Of a stretch of DNA of 64,000 nucleotides, positions 1 to 10,100 are shown piece after piece. Under the pieces are notes generated by a model that was given only the letters and a program-made list of their open reading frames with translations, ran no database searches and had not been told where the DNA came from. The position numbers and the translations under genes were made by a program. Origin of the DNA: a virus (taxonomy: Duplodnaviria > Heunggongvirae > Uroviricota > Caudoviricetes). How positions within the stretch are numbered: the stretch's first letter is position 1; every line of letters starts with the position of its first letter. The stretch lies in the IMG/VR virus record IMGVR_UViG_3300025861_000004; one strand, given 5' to 3'.

Positions 1-7
1 GGACGAG

Positions 8-1453
8 GTGAACGTCCGCACGGTCACCCTGCCCAACGAGGAGCCGGCCGACAAGGGGGACCGGGAGGTCGCGCCGTTTCCCGGCCCCAAGCCCCCGCGC
101 GGTCCCGTCGGACCCACCTGGGGACCCAACCCGGCGGACAAGAAGGAGCCTAGCTGGGTGAGAACCCCGTCCGTGGACGGGGACAAGGACCGGGACCGGG
201 AGACGGGCTGGAAGCCGCTACCCGGTTTCCCCAACCACGTCACGCTCGCGAGCACGGGGGCGATGCGAGGTAAGCCCTATCCTCCCCAGTCGGAGCGCGA
301 GCGCAAGCAGCGCGGGGAGGCTCGCCAGCACGACAAGACGCACTACCGCAAGAACCGTCGAGAGGTCCTGCGACGGTCTAAGATCTGGTACGACAAGTAC
401 AAGCGCACCCCGATGCTCAAGAAGGACAAGAAGCGTCGACGGGACAAGCCCAAGAAGTTCGAGCGCCTTCCTGGCGGGTGGGAGAGCCACTCGGACAAGG
501 AGAAGGCGCGGCGCAAGCAGGAGAAGCAGGCGAGCCGGCGGGTCGTCGCGCGCCTGCTGGCGAACCACGCGGTGCGCGCGATGCGCGCGGAGGTCGAGCT
601 CGACCTCGTGGCCCGCGTGCTGGCGGCTCGACGGTTCCCCTGGTACCAGGCGGCGGCCTCTCGGAGGGAGGATGTGGACCGCGGGCAGGCCGCGTTCCTC
701 ACGGCGCGCGGTCGCGTGGGGGTGGTTCGGAGGTTCGGGGTCGGCCTGGTGACCTACGAGCTCCTGCGCGCGGGTCGCTGGCACAGCCGGCAGGCCCTGC
801 TGTCCAGCTTCCTGCGGGAGGCCCTACCGCTGAGCGGCATGGACCTGCGGGCGATCCTGGCGGGGGTTGGGGCGCGACGCGCCGACTACTCCATGATATG
901 GAGGCCCGACCGGTCCCAGCAGGACGCGGCCCCGGAGAACCGAAACTGGCGCGTCTACCCGGAGGAGGAGCTTCCGGCCCCCTGGACCGACCCGGGGTTC
1001 GGGGACCTTCCCGACCTCGACGGCCCCTGGCGGGTGAACCCAGAGTTCACGGACCTGCCGCACAAGCGTCCCCGCAGCGCGGCCGTGGACGGGCTGGAGG
1101 AGGCGGTCAGGAGGGTCGCTCCCGACGTGGCGCGTCGCGCGACGCGCCTGCGAGTTCGCAAGGGGCCCAAGGACTCCCGCGGGGTTCAGCGCTTCACGGT
1201 CCAGTCGTCTGGGGGGGATCCTCGCGCGGTCGAGGTGATGCGCGTGGGTCCCGCGTGGACGCGCGTGCGCTGCTCCTGTCCGGCCTGGGTGTACCAGGGG
1301 TGCGAGTACCACGCGCGACGAGGAGGGTACCTGCTCGGTCACCCGAGAGGGCCGGCGACGCCGCCTCGCGTGAGGGACCCGCAGGGTCGGCACCTCGTGT
1401 GCAAGCACGTCGTCGCGGTACTCCGCTGGCTTCGAGGGCACCACACGCCCTAG
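8..1453 (+). CDS. Basic hypothetical protein with C-terminal SWIM-type zinc finger; frame is open to the left window edge, so the true start may lie upstream
   Basis: CSCPAW...CKH (CxC-xn-CxH) at the C-terminus; Lys/Arg-rich N-terminal half; GC3-rich codons. Confidence 0.7.
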   Translation: MNVRTVTLPNEEPADKGDREVAPFPGPKPPRGPVGPTWGPNPADKKEPSWVRTPSVDGDKDRDRETGWKPLPGFPNHVTLASTGAMRGKPYPPQSERERKQRGEARQHDKTHYRKNRREVLRRSKIWYDKYKRTPMLKKDKKRRRDKPKKFERLPGGWESHSDKEKARRKQEKQASRRVVARLLANHAVRAMRAEVELDLVARVLAARRFPWYQAAASRREDVDRGQAAFLTARGRVGVVRRFGVGLVTYELLRAGRWHSRQALLSSFLREALPLSGMDLRAILAGVGARRADYSMIWRPDRSQQDAAPENRNWRVYPEEELPAPWTDPGFGDLPDLDGPWRVNPEFTDLPHKRPRSAAVDGLEEAVRRVAPDVARRATRLRVRKGPKDSRGVQRFTVQSSGGDPRAVEVMRVGPAWTRVRCSCPAWVYQGCEYHARRGGYLLGHPRGPATPPRVRDPQGRHLVCKHVVAVLRWLRGHHTP

Positions 1454-1833
1454 CGGTGGTCGGTAAGGACGCGCAGCCGGACGAGCGTGCGGGTCTCGAT
1501 CTGACGCACTCGCTCGCGGGTGAGGTTCATCATCTCACCTGCGGCCTCCAGGGTCACTCCACCTTGGTCTGCCACGTCTAGCGAGCAGGTGGGACGGTTC
1601 TCCATGTCCTCGGGTGCGATGTCCGGGAAGTTGAACTTGATCGACCCCGTTTCAGGTCGTACGTCGAGGTACAGGTGGTGGCGGCACGCCACCCACGGGC
1701 AGGGACGCGGGCCGTCCACACAGTCTCCCCGGGTTCGGGGTCGACTCGGTAGGCCGTCCTCGCCTTCGTCCTCCTCGTCAGCAACCCCCTGCGCACCGTC
1801 GGAGGTTCCTGAGCTCTGCGCGTGCTGGAACAT
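1450..1833 (-). CDS. Sigma70 region-4-like HTH DNA-binding protein with Cys/His motif (127 aa)
   Basis: [20 protein letters not shown] is a sigma70 r4 HTH; it is preceded by RPRTRGDC...[15 protein letters not shown]. Start set at ATG 1833, which lies exactly 30 nt after a TCAGCTC motif. Confidence 0.85.
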   Translation of the reverse strand: MFQHAQSSGTSDGAQGVADEEDEGEDGLPSRPRTRGDCVDGPRPCPWVACRHHLYLDVRPETGSIKFNFPDIAPEDMENRPTCSLDVADQGGVTLEAAGEMMNLTRERVRQIETRTLVRLRVLTDHR

Positions 1834-1870
1834 GGCCTGTTGTCGGTAGGGCTTCGTTCGGGCGAGCTGA
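1834..1870 (-). promoter_or_regulatory. Class A promoter motif (TCAGCTC-N17-CCGACAAC-N5-ATG)
   Basis: Motif at fixed spacing before ATG 1833. Confidence 0.75.
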
Positions 1871-1908
1871 TATGAGTCTTTGGCCGCGTCTCGCGGTAAG
1901 GTGTGCGT

Positions 1909-2268
1909 ATGGCGCTGTATCGTATGCGGTGTACCTCCTGTGGCTTCACCCAGGACCGGCGGATTGCCGCCACCCTCGACCCGAAGACCTTCTGCACGCT
2001 CTGCGAGCAGGAGGCGCGACCCGTCCCCCCGAAGCGGGGGCAGGAGATCGTTCGGACCGGCGACGACTGGGTTGGCAAGGGGATGGAGCTCCGCGCCCAG
2101 ATGGCCCGACGCGCCGCCAGGGTCCAGCAGGACGCCCCTCACGCCCCCACGCTGCGCCCCAACGTCGAGGGCGAGGAGGTGGGGAGCTGGGCGGAGGCGG
2201 CCAGGCTCGCCGCCTCCAAGGGACTTGACCCGCGACCGTTCACCCGCATGGCGGAGGCGCAGTCGTGA
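1909..2268 (+). CDS. FmdB-like zinc-ribbon protein
   Basis: [12 protein letters not shown]...FCTLC: two CxxC pairs in the FmdB-type N-terminal pattern. Confidence 0.7.
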   Translation: MALYRMRCTSCGFTQDRRIAATLDPKTFCTLCEQEARPVPPKRGQEIVRTGDDWVGKGMELRAQMARRAARVQQDAPHAPTLRPNVEGEEVGSWAEAARLAASKGLDPRPFTRMAEAQS

Positions 2269-3050
2269 GCCGCCTGGGTGGTTACAACCTCGCCCCCGAG
2301 ATCCTCTTCAGGTGGCCTCGCGGGATGGACATCCTCGTGCCCAACCGGGCGGACCACGTGGCGGTGCGCCTCTGGGCGAGCGCCCGGCTGGAGGACATGT
2401 ACGGGGCCCCCAAGAAGTCGGGCATCACGGGCGACCCCACCCAGCGTAGGCTCGTGGGGCAGTGCCGGACGGGGGACGTCTTCTTCACGTCGAGCCTGCG
2501 CGAGCGCGCGCAGGTCATCACGGACCGCACCACGCGGCACGCGCGCTTCATGGTGTCGATCGGGGACCTGGACCCGCCGCTGCTGGAGGACGAGGTCTGC
2601 TACCTGGCCGTCCAGCAGGTGATGCTGGACGGTCGGGAGGTGGAGGTGGGGCCGACAGGGTCCACGAGCCCCCTGCTCGGGTTCACGCTCATCGCCCCAC
2701 CCGACTCGGTGTACGGGATGGACGCCCAGAACATCCACTTCCAGGGGATTGCCCCGATGGGCACGGGGGCCAAGCTCGGTGTTCCGCTGTCCGCAACGAC
2801 CGACTTCTCGGGGAAGAACAGCCCACCCCCGCTGCTCATCGCGCTGCCGCACCAGTGCTCGGGGATCACCCTGCGGACCGACGTGGACGGGCTCGGCTAC
2901 TCCTTCGACTGGGGGATGCCGGTCGTCGGGGTCCCGGCCGGCTCTCCGCTGGAGATCACCTCGTCGGTCAAGTACCTGCTCCTGGCCGCCCTGGGGGCCA
3001 AGGTGGTTCCGTTCGCGGCCGACACGGTCTCGTTCCTCTTCAACCGCTAG
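2265..3050 (+). CDS. Hypothetical protein (261 aa)
   Basis: GTGA overlap with upstream stop; GC3-rich codons. Confidence 0.75.
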   Translation: MSRLGGYNLAPEILFRWPRGMDILVPNRADHVAVRLWASARLEDMYGAPKKSGITGDPTQRRLVGQCRTGDVFFTSSLRERAQVITDRTTRHARFMVSIGDLDPPLLEDEVCYLAVQQVMLDGREVEVGPTGSTSPLLGFTLIAPPDSVYGMDAQNIHFQGIAPMGTGAKLGVPLSATTDFSGKNSPPPLLIALPHQCSGITLRTDVDGLGYSFDWGMPVVGVPAGSPLEITSSVKYLLLAALGAKVVPFAADTVSFLFNR

Positions 3051-3114
3051 GCGTCCCGATGGGTTCTCTATGAGGTGCCCGTAGGGCAGAAAGCCCTACG
3101 AACTGGAGGACCCT

Positions 3115-4197
3115 GTGGAGCTCTACCTCTGCCTAACCGTTCCCGCCAAGAGTGGGACGATCTACGTGGGCGACCTGCGGGGCGACGCAGCCCGCCGCAA
3201 CGGGTCGATCGACCCGCCCGCCCAGTGCCGCTACCTGCGGTACCCCGACGTCGGGTCGGTCGCCTTCTCTGTCGAGACGGGATCGACCTACCGCCCCGCG
3301 CACGGAGTCGCGGCCTACCTGGCCGCGCGCGTGCAGCCCGGGGGGAAGGCGGACAACGTCGCGACCCTGACGGTCACCGGCGTCAAGGCCGGCGACACCG
3401 TGAGCTTTGGTGCCCTCGTCCTCACCGCGGGAACCAAGGAGGATGCGGCCACCAACACCTTCAAGGACACCGCGACCGCTGGGTCTGATGACGCCTCTGC
3501 GGCATCGCTGGCCGCGGTGCTCAACGACGCAACGGTCCTGCCAATCCTGCTCATCGCGCTGGGTGTGACGCGCGCCATGGTGGCAGCCAACAAGAACGTC
3601 GTCACCATCACGACCGACCCTCCAGTCAAGGTCACCCCCATCACGGCGAGCGATCCCGCTCACGTCGTGGTGGGTGCGCTGGCTCCGCCCGCCGTCATCC
3701 CTGCGGCCGACGCCTACGACCAGGCGGCGCTAGCGATCGAGGCGTACCTTCAGGCCGCCCACGCGATGACGGTCGCGGACGTGAACGCGGCGATCGCCAC
3801 CGCGCTCCCCGGGGCGGACTTCGCCACGCAGGGGGTGCTCGCCGAGCTGCTCTCGATCCTGGCGGGCCGCGCGTTTCGGCTCGACGAGGGGACGAGGCTG
3901 TTCGACACGACCACCAAGGCGTGGCTCGGGGGCCCCAGCGTCGGGACGTTCACCCGGCCGCTCCAGAGCTCGACCTACTGGATCTTCCCCGCCCACCCGG
4001 GGCCGACGACGAAGCTCACCACTCCCCCCTCGGAGGAGGGCCCAGTACGTCGGACCTTCCCCGGCAGCTTCTCGGACTCCTCGATCCTCAAGGGGCACCT
4101 GTCTCGCCTCACGGGGGGGATCGTGCTGCCTGGCCACCGGAAAGACCAGGGTCGGGTCGCCGTCGTGTATGACCAGGACGGGAACGTGGTGGCCTAG
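3115..4197 (+). CDS. Putative virion protein, paralog 1 of 3
   Basis: GGAGG RBS; shares ILAG-x2-Y/F-x-L, GHLSxL and terminal VVYDxxG motifs with the next two genes. Confidence 0.8.
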   Translation: MELYLCLTVPAKSGTIYVGDLRGDAARRNGSIDPPAQCRYLRYPDVGSVAFSVETGSTYRPAHGVAAYLAARVQPGGKADNVATLTVTGVKAGDTVSFGALVLTAGTKEDAATNTFKDTATAGSDDASAASLAAVLNDATVLPILLIALGVTRAMVAANKNVVTITTDPPVKVTPITASDPAHVVVGALAPPAVIPAADAYDQAALAIEAYLQAAHAMTVADVNAAIATALPGADFATQGVLAELLSILAGRAFRLDEGTRLFDTTTKAWLGGPSVGTFTRPLQSSTYWIFPAHPGPTTKLTTPPSEEGPVRRTFPGSFSDSSILKGHLSRLTGGIVLPGHRKDQGRVAVVYDQDGNVVA

Positions 4198-4222
4198 CCA
4201 CCGCTACAGGAAGGACACATTC

Positions 4223-5113
4223 ATGACCGCGCTCGCGTATCTCGTGACGACTCGCAGGGACCTGGGACCGATCTTCCCGTACCTGTTCGACCTTCGGCCG
4301 GATGGGCTGTACCGGAGCCCGTCCATCACCCCGCCAGGGCAGACCCGGCACCTGCCCGAGCCGCCCGTGGCGGCCGGGACCCCGCCGCTCACCTTCGCGA
4401 TGGACGGGTCGGCGACCGCCCCCGTCGACCTGCGGGGGCTGTCGGCGTGGGCGATCGACAACATCCAGAACCAGGACGGCGGCAAGTCGCTCGCCCTGAC
4501 GGACGTGCAGGCGGCGTACTTCGAGACCGCCATCCTCCAGCGGGTGGAGGCGGCGCTGCCCCTGGCCGCGGCGGACATCGACGCGGCCCTCAACAAGATT
4601 CCAGGCGTCACCGGGTCGTCGGTGTTCCCCAGCGCGACCTCCAAGTCGACCGGGTCGATCGACGGGCTGCTCCGGGTGGTCTCGGACCACACCTACCTCG
4701 TGCCGGCCGGCGCGAAGGTGGTCGAGATGAACGGGGCGTTCCCGGTCGACACGGTGACGATGAAGCACGCGCCGCTCGGTTACTTCCTCAACGGGCGGCC
4801 TGCGCCGGTCGCGGCCCCGCGCTACGGGCTGCCGCCCAAGCCGGCGCGCCCGCCGCTCACGGTCCAGCCCCCTCCGGCGGAGCAGGTGCCGCTCATCGAC
4901 TGCGCCGAGCTGCGGCAGTCGATCCGCAAGGGGTGGCTGTCTCACCTGGTGGACCCGCGCTTTCGCTGGCGTCGGGGGACCTTCACCTACGGACCTGCGG
5001 GCACTGCGACCACCGTTGGTGGGAAGTCGATCCCGGGGCCCGAGGCGGGGCAGGCGGCCTTCCGCGCGCGCGCCGCCGTCGTGTACGACGCCAACGGGAT
5101 GGTGATCGCGTAG
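4223..5113 (+). CDS. Putative virion protein, paralog 2 of 3
   Basis: AGGAAGG RBS before ATG 4223; motifs GWLSHL and VVYDANG. Confidence 0.8.
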   Translation: MTALAYLVTTRRDLGPIFPYLFDLRPDGLYRSPSITPPGQTRHLPEPPVAAGTPPLTFAMDGSATAPVDLRGLSAWAIDNIQNQDGGKSLALTDVQAAYFETAILQRVEAALPLAAADIDAALNKIPGVTGSSVFPSATSKSTGSIDGLLRVVSDHTYLVPAGAKVVEMNGAFPVDTVTMKHAPLGYFLNGRPAPVAAPRYGLPPKPARPPLTVQPPPAEQVPLIDCAELRQSIRKGWLSHLVDPRFRWRRGTFTYGPAGTATTVGGKSIPGPEAGQAAFRARAAVVYDANGMVIA

Positions 5114-5144
5114 CTGCGACCCTTCCGAAACCACAGAGGCCAAC

Positions 5145-6074
5145 ATGACTCCGATCGCCTATTCGATCCCGATCCGCTCCGACCTTGGGGGGCTTTCCCT
5201 CCAGGTGCTCGACCTGGTCCCGAACACCGCACTGCGGTCTACGCTCGACCCGGAGGGGCAGACCTTCTACGTGGGGGTCGGGGCAGACCAGCCAGGCCCG
5301 ACCCAGACGGCTCACGGCCTGTATGTGGGGGGGTCGCGTACGACCTCTCCACTCCCTGCCATCGCCGGCTTCGACTACAACGGGGACACCACGGTGGACG
5401 CCTACGGCCCGCAGGACGTGTCGTACGGGCTCACCGCGTACCTGCTCGACTGTGCGACGGCTGACCCGGGCGGCATGTCGCGCGTGCTCACCACGACCGA
5501 GGCGACCAACCTCGCGCTGGCGATCTTCAAGTTGGCCTACAGGCGGCAATCCCTGCGGGTGGGGGACATCGAGTCCGTCGCCTTCGCGACGACCGGTGTC
5601 GTGGTGGAGTTCAAGGCGTCCACTCCGACTTCTGCGGCGTTTGGGCGCGTGGAGGACGTGATCCGGCTGCTAGCCGGGGAGACCTACGGGCTTCCGGCCG
5701 GCGTGCCGCTCCTGGGAGCAGGGGGCAAGCGGCTCACGCCCGCGCAGCGTAGGGCGGTTGCGGATGCGCTGCCTGCTGTGATCGCCCCGATGGTTTCGGG
5801 CCGGTTCCTGGACCCCCCGGAGGGTGGGTTCCGCAAGGTGCGCGAGCTCATGGTCACCGAGGCGCTGCTCGCCTCCCTCGCGGAGGGTCACCTGTCGCAG
5901 CTCAAGCCTGGAACTGAGTTCTTCGCCAAGAACCCGCGGTTCGCCTACACGGCGAGCTCCGTGCTCCCCTACGTTCCGCGGGCGGTTCAGCTTGACGGGT
6001 CGCCCGTCCCTGAGACGGGTTACACCAGCGGGGCGCTCGTCGTCTACACGGCGGACGGCGTCCCCCTGATGTAG
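5145..6074 (+). CDS. Putative virion protein, paralog 3 of 3
   Basis: GAGG RBS; motifs GHLSQL and VVYTADG. Confidence 0.8.
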   Translation: MTPIAYSIPIRSDLGGLSLQVLDLVPNTALRSTLDPEGQTFYVGVGADQPGPTQTAHGLYVGGSRTTSPLPAIAGFDYNGDTTVDAYGPQDVSYGLTAYLLDCATADPGGMSRVLTTTEATNLALAIFKLAYRRQSLRVGDIESVAFATTGVVVEFKASTPTSAAFGRVEDVIRLLAGETYGLPAGVPLLGAGGKRLTPAQRRAVADALPAVIAPMVSGRFLDPPEGGFRKVRELMVTEALLASLAEGHLSQLKPGTEFFAKNPRFAYTASSVLPYVPRAVQLDGSPVPETGYTSGALVVYTADGVPLM

Positions 6075-6566
6075 ATGGCGACCACCTTCCAGCCAGGTCA
6101 GCTGCTGGGGCGACCAGACCTCTCGATCTTCCTGGCGGACCCTAAGGGCCAGCCCTACGACCCCTACAGCGTCACCTTCGCCCTCTACTACGTGGACCCG
6201 GGACCTCCGGAGACGGAGGTGCTCGTGGGGAGTCCGACGCGAGAACCTGCGCACCCGGCGCGTGGAGAGTACTACGCTGCCATCTTGATCCCGACAGGGG
6301 CGCAGCCAGGCACGTATCGGATCCGGTGGACCCTCAAGCAGACGGCTGCCAGCCCTGAGCAGCATGTCGTGCAGGAGTTCGCCGTCGTCACGACGCCGAT
6401 CATCCTGGTCTCGATGTCCCCCCTTGAGGCCCAGGCGGTCATGGAGCTTCGCATGCTGCTGCGTGACCACTGCGTGGCCGGTGAGGAGGTCGTCGAGGTC
6501 GATGCGGATGGCGTTCGCGTCCTGGTGCGCCTGGACGACCTCTACGATGTGGTGACCTCTCCCTGA
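6075..6566 (+). CDS. Putative structural-protein N-extein fused to a short (31-aa) split-intein N-fragment
   Basis: Beta-rich domain, then LLRDH|CVAGEEVVEVDADGVRVLVRLDDLYDVVTSP-stop; the tail matches intein block A (Cys1, G, V..V, I/L-xDLY). Confidence 0.7.
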   Translation: MATTFQPGQLLGRPDLSIFLADPKGQPYDPYSVTFALYYVDPGPPETEVLVGSPTREPAHPARGEYYAAILIPTGAQPGTYRIRWTLKQTAASPEQHVVQEFAVVTTPIILVSMSPLEAQAVMELRMLLRDHCVAGEEVVEVDADGVRVLVRLDDLYDVVTSP

Positions 6567-6693
6567 TCCGCATCGGGTTCCTACCGGACCCGACCCCGTA
6601 CAATGTGATCCGCTCACGGTGACCTCGCGCAAGATGGGTTCTGACGCAACGTGCTGCCGCGTCTATCCTCAACCCATTCGCTTGGAGGCTCTC

Positions 6694-6771
6694 ATGCGGT
6701 CTTACCTCTACTGCCTGTGCCGTCGCTGCGGTTACCGGTACGAGTTTCGTCTGCCCGTCATCCCCCAGTAG
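6694..6771 (+). CDS. 25-aa Cys-containing peptide MRSYLYCLCRRCGYRYEFRLPVIPQ
   Basis: GGAGG RBS just upstream of ATG 6694; below the ORF-track length cutoff. Confidence 0.45.
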   Translation: MRSYLYCLCRRCGYRYEFRLPVIPQ

Positions 6772-6794
6772 TCTGATGAGGGTAGAGTCGTACC

Positions 6795-7055
6795 ATGACT
6801 CCTCCCACAACGGACCCCTCCCCGCAGGACCAAGCTCGAGGTCTGTACCCCAAGTACCAGATCTGTAAGGCGGACGGGTCTCCCGTAGACCCGTCCGCCG
6901 ACTACTTCGTGCTGCGCCTGGACGGACAGGACCCGCACGCCCTCGCGTGCCGGGCAGCGGTCCTCACGTACGCGAACCACATCGAGCCTCACCTTCCCTT
7001 GGTCGCGCGCGACCTTCGCGAGAAGGTTCGTTCGCGGGATTCGTCCCGCGGCTAG
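6795..7055 (+). CDS. Small phage hypothetical protein (86 aa)
   Basis: GLYPKY...DG...YFVLRLD...A...Y pattern recalled from small phage proteins. Confidence 0.7.
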   Translation: MTPPTTDPSPQDQARGLYPKYQICKADGSPVDPSADYFVLRLDGQDPHALACRAAVLTYANHIEPHLPLVARDLREKVRSRDSSRG

Positions 7056-7108
7056 ACCTCTCCGGCCACTTAATCCCGCTATATCGCCCGCCTGGCAGGA
7101 GGTCTGCT

Positions 7109-10100
7109 GTGGCCATTGTTAATACTTACCGCCCGCCTGGCGTATACGTCACGACCGATATCGAGATCCCCGACGAGGGGTTTCCGGAGTCGGTGCGGAT
7201 CCCCGCGTTCATCGGTGAGGGCACGGAGCTGCTGACGCAGACCGACCTGGAGATCGTTCGCGGCTCCTCTTCCGTGGCGGACCAGAACGTCGTGCTCGAG
7301 GACGAGCGAGGCCGCGCGGTCCGCAAGGTGATGAGCGGCGGCATCATCTCCCTCACGGACTTCGACGGGGTCATCACCAAGTTCCGCGTCCACCACTACC
7401 CGATCGTCGACGGAGCGGGTATCGGACGCCCTACTACGTCGCAGTCAGACGTTCAGGTGTTCGTCGATGGTCGGCCTGCGGTTGTGCAGTCTGTCGACGG
7501 TGTGCAGGGGATCATCGAGCTGGTGGTGGCCCCTGACCCCACCTCCACGGTGGCCTGCACCTACTACTTCAAGCGCACCGACACGCAGTTCACGGACGAC
7601 CTGTCGTTCCAGGTGACCCCCGAGGCGGCGGTCATCTACGGGCTTCGCGGGATCGCGGACACGGACGCGGACAACAACCAGGGCGAGACGCTCCAGTTCA
7701 TGGACGAGCAGGTCGGTCCAAGTGGTCAGGTCGTGGTGCCTGGCAACAACCGCCTGTTGCTCAACGTCGACCGTGCAGCGGTGGACATTCGCATCCCGCC
7801 CGGCCGCTACACCATGCGGCAGGCGGCCAACTCCATCTCGGCGGCGCGCGCTCAGTCGCTGCGCGCAGGTACCCTCCTCAACAACCTGGGCTTGTCCACG
7901 CTGTCCCTCACCGCAGACCACGAGCTTGAGGTGACGGGGGGGTCGGCGTGCAGCCTCCTTGGGCTTGAGCCGGGGCAGCTGTACCGGCGCCGGCGTACCT
8001 TCGTGACCAACGAGGGGCCGATCGTCGATGGCAGCAACGGTGGTGTTACGACGACCGACCCCACCAAGGTGGTCGTTCGTGTCGACGGAGAAACGATTCC
8101 TGCCGAGTCGGTCGATGGGCGGTCTCGACAGGTGACCCTGTCGATCGCGCCGCGCGCGGGGGCCAAGGTGGTCATCACCTACTGGTCGAACACCTGGCAG
8201 GACACCTACGACTACCTCGGTCATCGGGGGGTCACGCGGATCGTTCGGGTGGGGGACACTCCAGGGCGATCCGCCTACACCGACGGCGCGGACTACGTGC
8301 TCGACTCCGACCGAATCCTGTGGGGGGCCTCATGGTCGGTGCGGCCGGCGAAGCTCCCGGAAGCAGGGTATGTGGCGTTCGGTCCGGACCAGGTGGACGC
8401 CTTCATGCTGGACGACCGGGACTTCCTGGCTCCCTGCAAGCCGGTCGTGCAGAGCGTGGGGGGGCAGGTGGTGCAGAGCACTACGTCGTTCATCCACCCC
8501 CGCCTGCCTACGCTCGGCAACGGGCGCGACACGCCGCTTGGTCAGTCGCTCTTCAACCTGACGGCCAACACCCGCACGGGGACTCCATCAGACCGACCGG
8601 ACCTCATCTGGGCCTACTGGGGCTACGACCCGCAGGACGCGCTGCTGCGCGGACGTCAGCGCGTCGTGCAGGCCAACGGGGCGATGTTCACCCTGGGGTC
8701 TCCGGTCCCCGTGGGGGCCAAGGTCTACGCGACCGCCTACTACAACGCGCTCTCTGACGCGGTGTACCGCCTGCGGTGCGAGCGTGCAGGGGCCTCGACG
8801 TTCGGGACCTATCGAGTCCTCGACGTGGGCGACCGGTCGCTCTTCTGCGCGATCTACGACCCTGGGTCCAAGGGGCCGGCGATCTTCGACGTGTCGCTCG
8901 AGTGGCCGGGCGGTTCCGACCTGTCCTCCGACGCGCGTTTGGAGGGTGTATCCGATCCCCTCTTCAAGGGTCCCGTCGAGGAGACCATTACGGTCCACAT
9001 GGCAACGGAGCAGCCCACCTCGGCACGCTACGCGGTGTCAGGCTCCGGTCCCTACGCGCTCGTCCGCAGCTACTCGGACCGGGCGCGCATCCGCGTGAAC
9101 AACGCAGACCTCATGACGGGCCTGGCGGGCATCGACCTTTCGGACCCCGCCAACCTTGCGGGCTTCACCGCGGGCTTCCCTCCCACGCTCGTGGGGGACG
9201 TGGTCAACTACACGGGCGGCAAGGGGTCGGTCGTCGGTCAGTCCTACACGATCGATCGCCCCGAGGAGCTCGTCCTTGAGATGGAGGGTGTGCAGGTCAC
9301 CGCGGTGGTGCCTGCACGCCAGGGGGCGACGGTGGGTCTCGTTCGCGACGCCATCAACCTCGCCGTGTGCGGTTGGCAGGGTCAGGCTGACGGAGGCAGC
9401 GGGAACACCGTCGTTGTTCCGCTGCTGACCAGCGGCGACATGACCGACCGGTTCAAGGGCTGGGAGGTCGTGGTCGGAGACACGGCTGCGGCGGCGACGC
9501 CGGGTCAGACGCGCAAGGTCGCATCCTATGACCCTGCGACGCGCACCATCACGGTCAGCGCCCCCTGGGCCGGCGGGGCCCTCGTCAAGGGTGACCCGAT
9601 CCGGCTGCGCGACCCGAGCGCGATCCCGGAGATGCGAGGCGAGACGATCTTTGACGCGTCCCTAACCATCTCTCCTGGGCAGTTCTCGCAGGTCGCGATG
9701 GCCTACGTGGGAAGCGTTACGGGAGCTACCGGCGTCGTCACGCTCGACATCCCGGCGGGCACCTACCCCACGCCGGGCGACCTGGCCTCGACGCTGGAGA
9801 TTGGGCTCAACGCGGCGATCGCAGCGATCGCCACGAAGTTCGCGGGCCTGCGGGTCAGCTTCCGTGCGGACGGGGATGGCCGCCTCGTGGTGGGCCTGCG
9901 GTCTGCCGCGCTCGACTCTGCGGGAGCCCTCTCGTTCGTCGCGGCCCCCAAGGGACCGGCGGCGGACTTCTCCGTCCTGGCGGGTTTCGACACCGGCTCC
10001 GGGTTTGGTGGAGGTCAGGCGGTCCTCGTTGACGCTCCCGTCGCACATGCGTTCGGAGTAGCGCGGTCGGACGGCTCGCGGACTGCGGACCGACTCGTCA

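Noticed and set aside
1834-2142. Upstream extension of the sigma-r4 ORF
   Set aside because: It overlaps the divergent zinc-ribbon gene, and the promoter motif points to ATG 1833.
6947-7108. Upstream extension of the sheath ORF
   Set aside because: It overlaps the 86-aa gene, and AGGAGG precedes GTG 7109.
6567-7108. Intein C-fragment or homing endonuclease next to the IntN
   Set aside because: No ORF here has intein block B/F/G, LAGLIDADG or HNH motifs.
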